The notes: generated by a model from the sequence alone, not told the origin. A stretch of 58,338 nucleotides of DNA from Gammaproteobacteria bacterium (GCA_003136935.1 PLEC01000130.1:41050-99387); one strand, 5' to 3'; shown: positions 33,025 to 42,724, numbered from the stretch's first letter. Translations and numbers: made by a program.

Positions 33025-36000
33025 CTACCTCTCGATCGAGTAGACGAGGTCGGCGCCGCGCGCCTGGCCGGCCTCGATCCTCACCGCCCAGTGATCTCCC
33101 AGGCTGTAGCGCAGCTTGATGACGTTGAGCTGCTCGGTGAGGCTGATGCCGTAGCTCACGTACAGCCTGGGGGACAGGTAGCGGCCGAGCACCAGCGAGG
33201 TCTCGTTGGTGATGTCGGATTCGAGGCTCACGTCCTCGATACCCACGCGCGAACCGTACTGCTGCCCCAGCATCGCGGCGGCCTGCCCGGCGGCGTAGTT
33301 GCCGGTGCCGACGCCAGCGCCGACGGTGGTACCGGGGGCGCGGCTTTGCGCCGACTCGAGTGAGCCGCCGGCGAGAATCAGCGACTGGATCTGCGACTGC
33401 GGCAGTGGCGGATCGGAGAAGAACGACAGGTGCGGGGCGAGCAGCGTGCCGCGGACGTCAACTCCCGCGGTCACATCCGGGAATTCCTTTTGGGCGCGCA
33501 GGTTGATTCCCGGGTTGTCGACCGGTCCGCCGGTGAAGATCAGCCGGCCGTACTTGATGTCGAGCTTGCGGCCGTAGGCGCTGTACTTGCCGTCCGCCAC
33601 GGACAACTCGCCGGTGCCTCGCGTGGTGGGGTCGTACCCGCTGCGGATGGTAATGGCGCCAACAATACGCGCCGTCAGCCCCGAGGCATCGACGTTGACG
33701 CGATCGCCGAGGCTGAGCGTGATGGTGCTCACCACCTCGAAGCGCTTGGTGGGATCGTCCACCTCGCTTCCCACGATCACCTCGTCGGGCGAGGTCCGCA
33801 CCGCATTGGTGATGTCGCGGGGGGCGATTTTTGCGAACGGCACCGTGACCTGGCCGGTGACTTCGATTTTGCGCCCGGTGATATTGAAGTCGAGATTTGG
33901 AGAGGCATCGATCTGCGCTTCCGGAACATCGGCGACCCGCAGGTTGGTGCCCTGCAGGTGGAACTTCCCGTAAGGCAGCAGGTTTTTCCACTCGAGGTGT
34001 CCGCTGGTCGTGACGGTGCCGGTGCCGGTGCCGGCGCCGACGTGTGCGCTGCCGTCGAAATCGAGCCCGGCATTGCTCAGGCGTGCGTCAAAGGCAACCT
34101 GGTGCAGGCTGAGGTTGACCTGGTAGTTGTTGATCTCGCCGTCGGTCAGCTTCAGCTCCCCGGTGAGCAACGGTGTGCCAAGCGTGCCGGCCGCGGTCAC
34201 GTTTGCATCCAGGTGTCCCGCGGCGCGGTCCACGTCCGGAAAATACAGCGAAATGAGGCCGAGTTCGGCGGTGTGCGCGTGCAGCTCACCCCTGAGCGGC
34301 ATGTCCTGCCACCGCGCTGTGGTGCGCCGCGCCTCGAACGCGCCCGCGAGTGTCCCGACCTGGCTCTCGATGAGTGCGACCTCGGCGGTGATCGTGGCCG
34401 GCGTGGCGGCTACTGTTACGGTGCCTGAACCGATGTTCGTATGCTCGAGCTTGCGGCTGGCGAGCTTGTGGATGAGTTCGGCGTTGGCGAGGTCCGCGCG
34501 CACGGTTCCGGTCACGGGGATCTGCGCGCCACCGGCGACGTGGGCCAGGGCGTTGACCATGCCCCGGTACTCGACCGCGGGCGTCATGCCGGCGGTGAGG
34601 GTGTTGAGCGGCAGCTGGTTGGCCATGATGGTGCTCGACCAGTGCGCCGGGGTCCAGTCGCCGTCGGCGCAGACGCTGCCGGGCGCGCCCGTGAGACACA
34701 GCCGTTCCACACTCACATGGTCCAGGGAAGCGGTGAGTTCCACCGGACGTTCGAGCGTGAGGTGTAGCGACTCGTTGCCCTGGATGGCGAGTGCGTCGAG
34801 CTGACCATGAAAAAGTCCGTGGGCATAGGAACCGGTCGCGGCGGCGTGCGCCGCAAGTCCGGTGGCGGTCGCCGCGAGCTGCACGTGGTAGTTGACGGGG
34901 AGACCGCTGAGTGTGAATGCCACGGTGTCGGCGGTGCGGCCGCCGAATGTCAGCTTGCGCAGCCGCGCGTCGATCTTCGATTCCTGCAGCGTCGCGGCCG
35001 GATCGAAGTTGATGTCGGCGTCGAAGCCTTCGATCTTGATTCCCTGATAGTCGATACCCCCGCCGTGTGCGGTGGCCACGATCACCGGGTCCGCGAGCGT
35101 TCCGCGCATGCTGCCCGAGGACTTGAGTACCCCGCGGCTGCCCGGGGCGAGCAGGCTCAGGTCCTGGGTGGACACCGCGAAGCGCAGATCCACCTGGTCG
35201 TTGACGCGTCCGTCGAGCGCCAGGCTGGCGCTCCCCAGGCCCACGCGCACATTATCGAAGCCCCAGGTGACACCCGCATGCGTCACCGTGCCAGCGCCGC
35301 TCGCCGCAACGCCGCGCACCTTGCCGGTGAGGCTGCTGAAGCTCGTGGTCAGCGTGCCTGAGGGTTCGAAGCCGCGGCCGCTGGCGGTGAATGTGAAGTT
35401 GACGCTGCCAGGCAGATCCGGTCGCACCCGGCCAGGGTTGATGCCGGTCGCGCGTCCAGTCACCGACCAGGTTTCCGCGGGCGACCACCGCAGCTCGCCG
35501 TTGACGCTCGCATGGCCGTCGAACAGATCCACTTCAGCAGGCTCAAAGGCGAAGCTGTCCTTGCCGAGCGTCCCCGTAAGTTCCACGGGCATCTCCGCCA
35601 GGTCCGCGGCCCGTCCGCGGCCGGTCAGGTGGACCTTGTATGGAAGAATTCCCTGCAGGGTGAAGTCGCCCGCCGCACTGCGTATTGCCACGTCACGGCC
35701 GACCAGTGGCCAGCGGAAGTTGTCCCAGCTGCCGGTGAGATTCAGCCGCGGCCCGTTGTCGACGATGCCGAAAGTGCCGGCAGCAATGGCGTGCGCGCCG
35801 GAGGCGTTGTGACGGACTTCCATGCGGGTGGCGGTCAGCACCTTATCGGCGTAATGACCGGCAAACTGCGCGGCGAACTCGCCCGCGCGCAGCCCGGCTG
35901 GATTCACCGGACCGTGCCCTTCGAAGCCGTTGGCGTCGCCCGACACGGCGAGGTGTCCGGTGATGTTGCCCAGCAGCGGGGCGGCAATTCCCCAGGGGGT

Positions 36001-36786
36001 CAGATCGAACTCGCGCACGACGGCATCGCCCACCCAGTGCCAGCGGTTGGTCAGATCGAGCATCTGGCCGGTGAAGTCGGCGCTGAAGGGGCTGACGCTG
36101 TGGCCGACAATGTTGAGCACGTTCAGATCGCCGCGGCCGCTGCCGGACAGCGTGTAGGCAGGCTGGCCCGGTGGTTGCCAGTCAACGCGCCCCTTGACGT
36201 CCATCCCCAGCGGATCCTCCGCCCGCAACTCGCCGATGCCGCTGATGTGCGCATCCTCGAGCCACCCGTCGGCCTGGAAGAAGCGGATGACACTGTGACG
36301 GATGACCGCGGCGCCGCTGAGATTGCTCGCCTGCAGGCGCACGCCGTTGAAGACCGTGAGCAGCGCATGGTCGACTTGCGCCTGCTCGATGCTGATCAGG
36401 AGCCAGCGCGGCAGGAACAGCGGCGGCGAGGGTGTCGCTGGATGGACGCGGCGCTTCACCTCGATGAGGGCGTTGCCCACGTGACCGTCGTGGACGCGAA
36501 TGGTCTGCAGCAGCAGGGGCGCGAGCGCGACGTGCCCCTCGATGTCCGTGAACGTCAGGTGCACCAGCTCGTGATCGATCTCGACCCGCTCGACGTGTAC
36601 GCCGGAGGCGAGCGTGCCGGTGACGCCGCTGATGTCGAGCTGCACACCGCCGATGTGGTGCGGAACGTGCCGCGCGACGAACTGCAGGCCGCTCTCGGTG
36701 TGCACCGCCGACCAGATGATCACCGCCGGCACGGCAATGACCAGGAAGACCAGCACGCAGGCGAGGATGAGGAGCAGGCGGCGCAT
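33025..36786 (-). CDS. tamB: Translocation and assembly module subunit TamB
   Basis: 1253 aa. N-terminal signal-anchor (LLLILACVLVFLVIAVPAVIIW). Very long beta-rich body. C-terminal DUF490 region (…LNVIKLRYSLGDHWAVRIEAG…). Follows tamA. Confidence 0.85.
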   Translation of the reverse strand: MRRLLLILACVLVFLVIAVPAVIIWSAVHTESGLQFVARHVPHHIGGVQLDISGVTGTLASGVHVERVEIDHELVHLTFTDIEGHVALAPLLLQTIRVHDGHVGNALIEVKRRVHPATPSPPLFLPRWLLISIEQAQVDHALLTVFNGVRLQASNLSGAAVIRHSVIRFFQADGWLEDAHISGIGELRAEDPLGMDVKGRVDWQPPGQPAYTLSGSGRGDLNVLNIVGHSVSPFSADFTGQMLDLTNRWHWVGDAVVREFDLTPWGIAAPLLGNITGHLAVSGDANGFEGHGPVNPAGLRAGEFAAQFAGHYADKVLTATRMEVRHNASGAHAIAAGTFGIVDNGPRLNLTGSWDNFRWPLVGRDVAIRSAAGDFTLQGILPYKVHLTGRGRAADLAEMPVELTGTLGKDSFAFEPAEVDLFDGHASVNGELRWSPAETWSVTGRATGINPGRVRPDLPGSVNFTFTASGRGFEPSGTLTTSFSSLTGKVRGVAASGAGTVTHAGVTWGFDNVRVGLGSASLALDGRVNDQVDLRFAVSTQDLSLLAPGSRGVLKSSGSMRGTLADPVIVATAHGGGIDYQGIKIEGFDADINFDPAATLQESKIDARLRKLTFGGRTADTVAFTLSGLPVNYHVQLAATATGLAAHAAATGSYAHGLFHGQLDALAIQGNESLHLTLERPVELTASLDHVSVERLCLTGAPGSVCADGDWTPAHWSSTIMANQLPLNTLTAGMTPAVEYRGMVNALAHVAGGAQIPVTGTVRADLANAELIHKLASRKLEHTNIGSGTVTVAATPATITAEVALIESQVGTLAGAFEARRTTARWQDMPLRGELHAHTAELGLISLYFPDVDRAAGHLDANVTAAGTLGTPLLTGELKLTDGEINNYQVNLSLHQVAFDARLSNAGLDFDGSAHVGAGTGTGTVTTSGHLEWKNLLPYGKFHLQGTNLRVADVPEAQIDASPNLDFNITGRKIEVTGQVTVPFAKIAPRDITNAVRTSPDEVIVGSEVDDPTKRFEVVSTITLSLGDRVNVDASGLTARIVGAITIRSGYDPTTRGTGELSVADGKYSAYGRKLDIKYGRLIFTGGPVDNPGINLRAQKEFPDVTAGVDVRGTLLAPHLSFFSDPPLPQSQIQSLILAGGSLESAQSRAPGTTVGAGVGTGNYAAGQAAAMLGQQYGSRVGIEDVSLESDITNETSLVLGRYLSPRLYVSYGISLTEQLNVIKLRYSLGDHWAVRIEAGQARGADLVYSIER

Positions 36787-36798
36787 GGCTTGGAGCGC

Positions 36799-38640
36799 TT
36801 ACAACTTCGGCGAGAAGTTGATGTGCAGGCGCGGTCCCGCGCCTGGCATGTTGAGCGGCTGCGCCACGTCGATGCCGACGGTCATTACCGGCAGGCGCAC
36901 CCGCAGGCCCACGCCGAATGAGTAGTACAGCTGCGTGCCGAAGTGATCGAAGGCGTTGCCGTAATCGACGAAGGTCGCAATGCCCAAGTTCTTCGGCAGG
37001 TCACGCACCACCTCCACGGTGCCAGTGATCAGGTCCTTGCCGCCGACCTTGATGAAGTCATTTGGGACTGGCTGACAGGTGCCGTTCGCGGTGAGGATGA
37101 GCGCGCCGCTGGTTGGGTTACGCGCACACACCGCCTCGAGGGGCGACAACTCGTTGTAGTAAAAACCGCGCACACTGTTGTCACCGCCGGCGAAAAAGCG
37201 ATAAATCGCCGGCAGGCTGCTGAAGCCCGACACGAGACTCGCGCCGAGCTCGTCACGCAGTAGGAGGTGCCATTTGGGGGCGATCTGGAATACGTGTTCG
37301 GCCTGGGCGTGCAGCTGGATGAAGTTGGAGCTCGACCCCAGGGCGGAATTCGAGCCGCGCAACTCGGCAAAGAATGGGTGTTCGAACAGCGCTTCGCCGT
37401 AATAGCCCTTGGGCACCGAACCGATGTCGATCTCCGGCACCAGCAGGCTGTCGGACTGCGTGCTGTTGATGGTTTCGCTGGTGGTGTGCACGGCATTGAG
37501 CGCCCCCACGTACTGCCAGCCGTCCCTGACCGTCGTGATCTGCGGCCCCAAGGCCTGGGTGTAGGCGGTGACGTCGGCGAGGGTCTGCTGCTCGATCTGG
37601 GCGCGCATGGCGAAACTCGCCACCGCCGGATCGCCGATCGGTATGGCGTAGCGGGCCTGCACGTTGTAGCGGGTGACCTGCGCGAACTGCAGCTCGAGGC
37701 TGAAGCTATGACCGCTGGTGTTGAGCAGCGGGTCCGTGAACCCGAGGGTGACACGCGCCCCGGTATCGGTGGCATAGCCGGGCGCGAACGAGTAGTTGTT
37801 CTTGCGGCGCCGGTCACCATGAATGTCCACGGGCACGGTGTGCGCCTTGCGGTCCGGATCGCCGGGCTGCACCTCGAGGTTGATGAAGAAACGCGCGTCG
37901 TCGAGCGCGAACTGGGTGTGCAGCACCTGCGTCAGATCGAACAGGTCGCCCTCGCGGTAGCGCAGGTAGCGGCGCACCAGCGAGTCCTTGATGGCGTCCT
38001 GCTTGATGGTGGTCTTGCCGAACCGATAGCGCTCGCCGGTGTCAAGCTCCAGCGCGATGTTCGCGTTGTGGTTCGGCGGGTCGACCACCAGCTCGTTGCG
38101 CACCATCTTGGCGTCGAAGTAGCCGTAGGTCGCCGCGGTGCGCTGCAGGTCGGTCTTGATGGCCTCGTAATCCGCATGGTTCAGCCGATCGCCGGCGTGC
38201 GGCAGATGGCCCAGGATCCGCGTGAACAACGGGTCGGTTTCACCCGGACCATCGACGCGCACGTCGATGTGCTCGATGAGCACCGGTGGTCCCAGGGTGA
38301 TGTTGACCACCACCCGCCAGTCATCGTGGCCCAGGTCGGTGACCGTCGAGTCCACCTTGGGCTCGTAGTAGCCGAAGGGCTTCAAGGCCGCCTGCACCTC
38401 GCGTTCGACGCGCTCGTGCAGCCGCTCGACCGTGTCGGCGTTGAGCTCCGCGCCGCCCTTGCGGTAGCGCTCGAAGCTCAGGTAGGCAAGAACGTTGGTG
38501 CGCACCAGCTCGTCGACGCCGCGCACCTCGACGTTGACTCCGGCCGCGTACGCCAGCTGGCACACGATGAGACACAGCGCCACCGCCGGGGCCCGTCGGT
38601 GCCATCGACAAGCCCGGGGTAAGGGGTTGTGCTGCGCCAT
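36799..38640 (-). CDS. tamA: Omp85-family outer-membrane protein TamA
   Basis: 613 aa. Signal peptide. POTRA repeats (VEVRGVDELVRTNVLAYLS…). C-terminal bacterial surface antigen barrel (FFAGGDNSVRGF…). Confidence 0.85.
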   Translation of the reverse strand: MAQHNPLPRACRWHRRAPAVALCLIVCQLAYAAGVNVEVRGVDELVRTNVLAYLSFERYRKGGAELNADTVERLHERVEREVQAALKPFGYYEPKVDSTVTDLGHDDWRVVVNITLGPPVLIEHIDVRVDGPGETDPLFTRILGHLPHAGDRLNHADYEAIKTDLQRTAATYGYFDAKMVRNELVVDPPNHNANIALELDTGERYRFGKTTIKQDAIKDSLVRRYLRYREGDLFDLTQVLHTQFALDDARFFINLEVQPGDPDRKAHTVPVDIHGDRRRKNNYSFAPGYATDTGARVTLGFTDPLLNTSGHSFSLELQFAQVTRYNVQARYAIPIGDPAVASFAMRAQIEQQTLADVTAYTQALGPQITTVRDGWQYVGALNAVHTTSETINSTQSDSLLVPEIDIGSVPKGYYGEALFEHPFFAELRGSNSALGSSSNFIQLHAQAEHVFQIAPKWHLLLRDELGASLVSGFSSLPAIYRFFAGGDNSVRGFYYNELSPLEAVCARNPTSGALILTANGTCQPVPNDFIKVGGKDLITGTVEVVRDLPKNLGIATFVDYGNAFDHFGTQLYYSFGVGLRVRLPVMTVGIDVAQPLNMPGAGPRLHINFSPKL

Positions 38641-38795
38641 CTCGAGGTGTGGATGAAAAACTAGGGGATTCTAGAGCCTGACCGGCGCCCCTGCTCGCCG
38701 CGTTGTTATTTGAGAGTCGCGTATGGTTGCCGGGGTTCCGCGCCGCCTGCCTTGGCGTGCACCGCCAGGGCACCAGGCCTGCGGTCACCGATGGA

Positions 38796-39578
38796 CTATG
38801 GCCACTCGCCCGCATTCAGCCTGAATTCAGTTTCGCCGGCCGGCTCGCCGCGCGCATCGAAGCGCCGCTCCCCGATATAGACCCCGCCGTCATTGTGCAT
38901 CAGCAGGACGCTTGAACAACGCGTCCCGTAGGTCGGGTGCATGACGAACGGCGCGGACAGGACCTGTTCCAGCTCGCGTGGCAGCCCGGACTCATGCAGC
39001 CCCACGTCCCCGGCAGACTGGGTCCGGTCGCTGAGCAGTTCGAACAGCGGCGCGGCGGATTGCGCGGCGGGGTCTGCCAGCCACGTCTCGAACCCGCGGC
39101 GTACCCGCAGCAGTTTCGGCCACGGCGTGTCGAGCAATTCGTTCGAGAGCCCATAAACGCCCGCGTCCAGGGCCCGGGCGAACGGCGCGGCGCGGTTCGA
39201 GCCGTACCAGAGCGATTCGTCATCGGCAAGCAGCAGGTTGAAGCCGGAGTAACCGGGGGCCTCATGCTCGAGCCCGGCAAAGAACTCCCCGGCGCCGTGC
39301 GTGCCGGTGAGAAAACGGGGGATCAGGCTGCCGCGCGAGGGAGCGCCGGCCTGCGGGCGCTGCAGCTCGCGAAAGTTCGTCACCACGCCGAAACGCCGCG
39401 CCCGGTCGAGTCCGAGCCAGGCGCCGCCGGCGCGCAGATCGCGCCCCGCGAGCACCCCGCCGTCCGGCGGCCAGGGCGCGAGCGGCGCCGCCGGTCGCTC
39501 GTGAAACTCATCGCGATTGGCGGCGACCACCAGGCGGTAATGCGGATGGGTTCGCCACGCGAGCACCAGCAGGCACAT
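38796..39578 (-). CDS. NRDE family protein (DUF833/TANGO2-like)
   Basis: MCLLVLAWRTHPHYRLVVAANRDEFHERP contains the N-terminal Cys and the NRDE signature. Confidence 0.8.
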   Translation of the reverse strand: MCLLVLAWRTHPHYRLVVAANRDEFHERPAAPLAPWPPDGGVLAGRDLRAGGAWLGLDRARRFGVVTNFRELQRPQAGAPSRGSLIPRFLTGTHGAGEFFAGLEHEAPGYSGFNLLLADDESLWYGSNRAAPFARALDAGVYGLSNELLDTPWPKLLRVRRGFETWLADPAAQSAAPLFELLSDRTQSAGDVGLHESGLPRELEQVLSAPFVMHPTYGTRCSSVLLMHNDGGVYIGERRFDARGEPAGETEFRLNAGEWP

Positions 39579-39584
39579 GCGCCG

Positions 39585-40487
39585 TTACGCCTTAGTGCCG
39601 TCCAGCCAACCGCAGATCAGCCGCCAGGAAATTGACTGTGTGGGCGGCGCCAGCACCTCTCCTGAGCGCACCTGTTCGCGGGTAACCCAGCGAACCTCCT
39701 CCAACTCAGCACCGACGCGCACCGCGGCCCCGGCGGGGGCGCTGGCGTAAAAGCCCAGCATGATGGAGGAGGGGAACGGCCAGGGCTGCGAGGAGTCGTA
39801 GCGCATGCTGGTGACGATGACGCCGGTTTCTTCAAGTACCTCGCGCGCCAGCGCGTCTTCGAGGCTCTCGCCGGGCTCGACGAAGCCGGCGATGGTCGAG
39901 TAGCGCCGCGCGGGCCAGCTTGCCTGCCGGCCGAGCAGCGCCCGCTCGCCATCACTCACCAGCACAATAATGGCCGGGTCCAGTCGCGGGAAGTAATCCT
40001 GCGCACAGGCTTCGTTCGTGCAGCGCAGGCAATGGCCGGCGCTCACGGGGAGCGTGGCGGACGCGCATACACCACAGTAGAGGTGGCGTGCGTGCCAGAT
40101 CGACAGGGCGCGTGCGTAAGCGAGGAGTCCCGCTTCGTCGGGCGGCAGCTGCGCTGTCAGCGGTCGCAGTTCCTGGAAACCTGAGTCCGGCGGCGCGCTC
40201 GCCACCGCCGTCGCCGGCAGCTCGATGAGCACGCAACGCGCGCCGTGAAACCAGCCCAGGAGCGTCGTGCAGGATGCGGCTGCGGATTTCACCAGTGGCG
40301 CATCACCGCTGAGGAACGCGATTCGCGGCGCCGCGCCCGCCCTGATCAGCTGCGCGGTGCCGTGTGCGATGAGGTACAGAGTCGCCGCGTCGGCGTGGGC
40401 TGCGGCCAGCCACTGCGGATCCTCGCGGGCTTCCGCGCGCCGCTCGAGGTAGGGACCGGCGAAGAAGTTAGGTCGGGCGTGATCCAT
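39585..40487 (-). CDS. nudC: NADH pyrophosphatase NudC
   Basis: Zn-ribbon CGVC…CLRC. Nudix box GFVEPGESLEDALAREVLEETGV. SQPWPFPSS NudC motif. Start chosen at MDHARPNFF (40487). Confidence 0.85.
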   Translation of the reverse strand: MDHARPNFFAGPYLERRAEAREDPQWLAAAHADAATLYLIAHGTAQLIRAGAAPRIAFLSGDAPLVKSAAASCTTLLGWFHGARCVLIELPATAVASAPPDSGFQELRPLTAQLPPDEAGLLAYARALSIWHARHLYCGVCASATLPVSAGHCLRCTNEACAQDYFPRLDPAIIVLVSDGERALLGRQASWPARRYSTIAGFVEPGESLEDALAREVLEETGVIVTSMRYDSSQPWPFPSSIMLGFYASAPAGAAVRVGAELEEVRWVTREQVRSGEVLAPPTQSISWRLICGWLDGTKA

Positions 40488-40587
40488 ACAGCGCCGTTTC
40501 ACGAGAACGAGACGGCGCATTCTAGCAGCGCCGCTGCCGGCGCCCCGACCGCAGCCGGCCAAAGTCCCTGCGATTTTCGCCAATGGG

Positions 40588-41133
40588 CTAATGCGCCTGC
40601 AGCGGGCTCGCACAATGGTGGCAGCGCTGGGCGCGCAGCGTGAAGCGCTCGGTCACCATGAGACTGCCGCAGCCGCCGCAGTCCCCCAGACGCAGCTGAT
40701 CCCCGCGCGCCAGCGCGGTGGCGAGAAACACCGCGTGCTCGAAGGTGATCTGCGAGGAGGGCAGGAGCATGCGGTAAGCCTCGAAGGCCTGGCACAGCTG
40801 CTCACCGCGCGCGAGCGCCGGCGCCCCCGCCGCCGCGTCCGGAGCCGCCGGCACCGCGCCGAGCAGCGACAGCACGCTGGCGAGCACGGCGGTCTCGTGT
40901 TGCGAGCGTTGCGAGCGCGTGAAGTAACCGACCTGGTGCGGTGACTTGCCGCGATGCCGCGGCAGAAAGCGGCTCGCCTGGCTCATGTAGGTACGGTAGA
41001 GCTTGCGGATGCGGTCATCCGACAGGCCGGTCCAGGTGCGAATGGTCTGGGTGCGCGCTTCGTGGCGCAGAAAGCGCAGGGCGAGCTCCATCCGCAGCCG
41101 CTCGCCGTTGTAACGGTCGTCCGAGATGCGCAT
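40588..41133 (-). CDS. FlhC-like zinc-ribbon transcriptional activator subunit
   Basis: 181 aa from the ATG at 41133, preceded by AAGGAG. N-terminal helical region (LRMELALRFL…LSDDRIRKLYRTY) and C-terminal C-x2-C-x17-C-x2-C (DCGGCGSLMV…RCHHCASP) parallel E. coli FlhC (…LSRGRLIKLYKEL…, C-x2-C-x16-C-x2-C). Confidence 0.7.
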   Translation of the reverse strand: MRISDDRYNGERLRMELALRFLRHEARTQTIRTWTGLSDDRIRKLYRTYMSQASRFLPRHRGKSPHQVGYFTRSQRSQHETAVLASVLSLLGAVPAAPDAAAGAPALARGEQLCQAFEAYRMLLPSSQITFEHAVFLATALARGDQLRLGDCGGCGSLMVTERFTLRAQRCHHCASPLQAH

Positions 41134-41163
41134 ATGTGCTCCTTCCGGTTGGCTAACCGACAT

Positions 41164-41218
41164 TTTGGTAAAAAATTCCCAAAACACAAGCAGAGAAATT
41201 TGGTAAAAAATCACCAAA
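41164..41218. promoter_or_regulatory. Two 20-bp palindromic sites TTTGG-N10-CCAAA in the AT-rich divergent intergenic region
   Basis: Site 1 at 41164-41183 is TTTGGTAAAAAATTCCCAAA. Site 2 at 41199-41218 is TTTGGTAAAAAATCACCAAA. Their starts are 35 bp apart, and they share the TTTGGTAAAAAAT core. Confidence 0.6.
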
Positions 41219-41277
41219 CTAAAAAATAGCACTGCTGGTCGGATTTGCCTGGATTGAAGGTCGCGGGAGGAGATGCC

Positions 41278-41961
41278 ATGTTGCTGCGCTGCGGTATCGA
41301 TGGGGCGGAGTTAAGCGAAAGCGCGCTGTTGGCGCCCGGGTGGTTGCGGCCGGAGACGCTGGAATCGCTGTTGGAACTGAACGAGATGGCCTTCGCGCTG
41401 CTGGCCGCGCAGGCCGCCGAGCGCTGCACGCCGGCCACCGCGCTGGTCACGGCGGTAACGAGCGTGTGGCGCCGGCTGGACGCGGTGGCACGGCGTCGCG
41501 CCGCCGCCTGCCCGTACCTGCTGCTGGATGCCGGCTTCGCCGACACCCAGCGCTGGGGCATGCCGGCAGCGCATGTCAGTGATGTGCGCGAGAGTGCGCC
41601 GCCATTCTTCACCGTGCCGGCGGCGCTCGAGGCCTCGCGTCTGGTGTTCACCTACGCCTGGCACCTTGCCCGCACCCAGCCTGCCGCTGCGCGGCTGCTG
41701 CTCGGCATGCGCGCGCCGTGCACCGCGGCAATCAGCCAGTGCAGCCTGCGCCAGGTATTCGCGCTCGGCGAGAGTCACGCCGGGTGGCTGCGTCCGCGCT
41801 GGAGTGCGCGCCCGGAGGTGTGGCAGGAACTGCTGGTCGCCGCAGCTTCCGGCGAGGACACGGCGCTGGAGCGCGCCCGGCTGCATGGTCTGACGCTGTT
41901 GGCGGCCGAATCTCGCGTAACCGCGTCGCAGCACACGCACCGGCTTGCAAGTCCTGTGTGA
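41278..41961 (+). CDS. Hypothetical helical protein, possibly two tandem FlhD-like modules
   Basis: 227 aa from the ATG at 41278, preceded by GGGAGGAG. Segments LLELNEMAFALLAAQA…LLLDAGF and YAWHLARTQPAAARLLLGMRAPCTAAISQCSLRQVFALGESHAGWLRPRW resemble E. coli FlhD (YDINLSYLLLAQRL…[36 protein letters not shown]). That similarity is judged from memory. Confidence 0.55.
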   Translation: MLLRCGIDGAELSESALLAPGWLRPETLESLLELNEMAFALLAAQAAERCTPATALVTAVTSVWRRLDAVARRRAAACPYLLLDAGFADTQRWGMPAAHVSDVRESAPPFFTVPAALEASRLVFTYAWHLARTQPAAARLLLGMRAPCTAAISQCSLRQVFALGESHAGWLRPRWSARPEVWQELLVAAASGEDTALERARLHGLTLLAAESRVTASQHTHRLASPV

Positions 41962-42163
41962 CAGACCTGCTGCGGTAACAGCTGCGTTCGTGCTCACGCT
42001 CGTGGTAGCCGTGCAGCTGATCTCCCGCAGGCTGGCAGGGCCCTTCGGGCCACCGCCCATGCAGTGTCCGAATTTGATCGATACGCGTCTCGTATAGCGC
42101 TGGCACAAGCGTGCGGAGTGCCGCAGCATATGGCGAATTTCTAGGAGATAAGGATTTTCGATC

Positions 42164-42724
42164 ATGCAGCAGGCGCTCATCGTCATCGACGTGCAGGAGT
42201 CATTCCGCCAGCGGCCGTATTTCCGCGCCGAGGAGCTGCCGGGGTTCCTGCGCAACGTGCAATCCCTCGTAGACGGGTGCCAGGCGCGTGGCATCCCGAT
42301 CGTGCAGGTGTTCCACCGCGAGCGCACGGATGTGGCCAGCGATCCCTTCGCGGCCTCCTCGGGTTACGTGCGTGCGATGCCGGAACTGAAGCTCCACACC
42401 GACGCCGTGTTCCACAAGCACGTGCACTCGGCCATGTTCGGCACCGCCGCCGACGGCACCACGCTCGAGTCATGGCTGCGCGCCCACGGCATCGGCGAAT
42501 TGCTGATCACCGGAATCCGCACCGAGCAATGCTGCGAGACTACGACCCGTCACGCCTCGGACTTAGGCTTCGGGGTGCGCTACGTGACCGATGCGACCCT
42601 CACTTTCCCGATGCGCACGCGTAGCGGACGTGAAGTGTCCGCGGCGGAAATCCGTGAGCGCACCGAGATGGTGCTCGAGGGACGCTTCGCGCGCGTGGTG
42701 TCGGCTGCGGACGCCCTGACGTGA
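42164..42724 (+). CDS. Isochorismatase-family cysteine hydrolase
   Basis: 186 aa. ALIVIDVQ (catalytic Asp), K in FHKHVHSAMF, and Cys in GIRTEQCCETT. Confidence 0.85.
   Translation: MQQALIVIDVQESFRQRPYFRAEELPGFLRNVQSLVDGCQARGIPIVQVFHRERTDVASDPFAASSGYVRAMPELKLHTDAVFHKHVHSAMFGTAADGTTLESWLRAHGIGELLITGIRTEQCCETTTRHASDLGFGVRYVTDATLTFPMRTRSGREVSAAEIRERTEMVLEGRFARVVSAADALT

Noticed and set aside
42101-42115. TGGCAC-AAGCG-TGCGG upstream of the isochorismatase gene, which looks like a sigma-54 promoter.
   Set aside because: The GG to GC spacing is 9 nt rather than the required 10, and the -12 element lacks the TTGC/CTGC context. It is probably a chance match.
41311-42327. 338-aa minus-strand ORF spanning the FlhD-like gene, the intergenic region and the start of the isochorismatase gene.
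   Set aside because: It is Arg-rich and low-complexity. It crosses a clear intergenic region and overlaps two plus-strand genes that have good Shine-Dalgarno sequences, so it is most likely a non-coding open frame.
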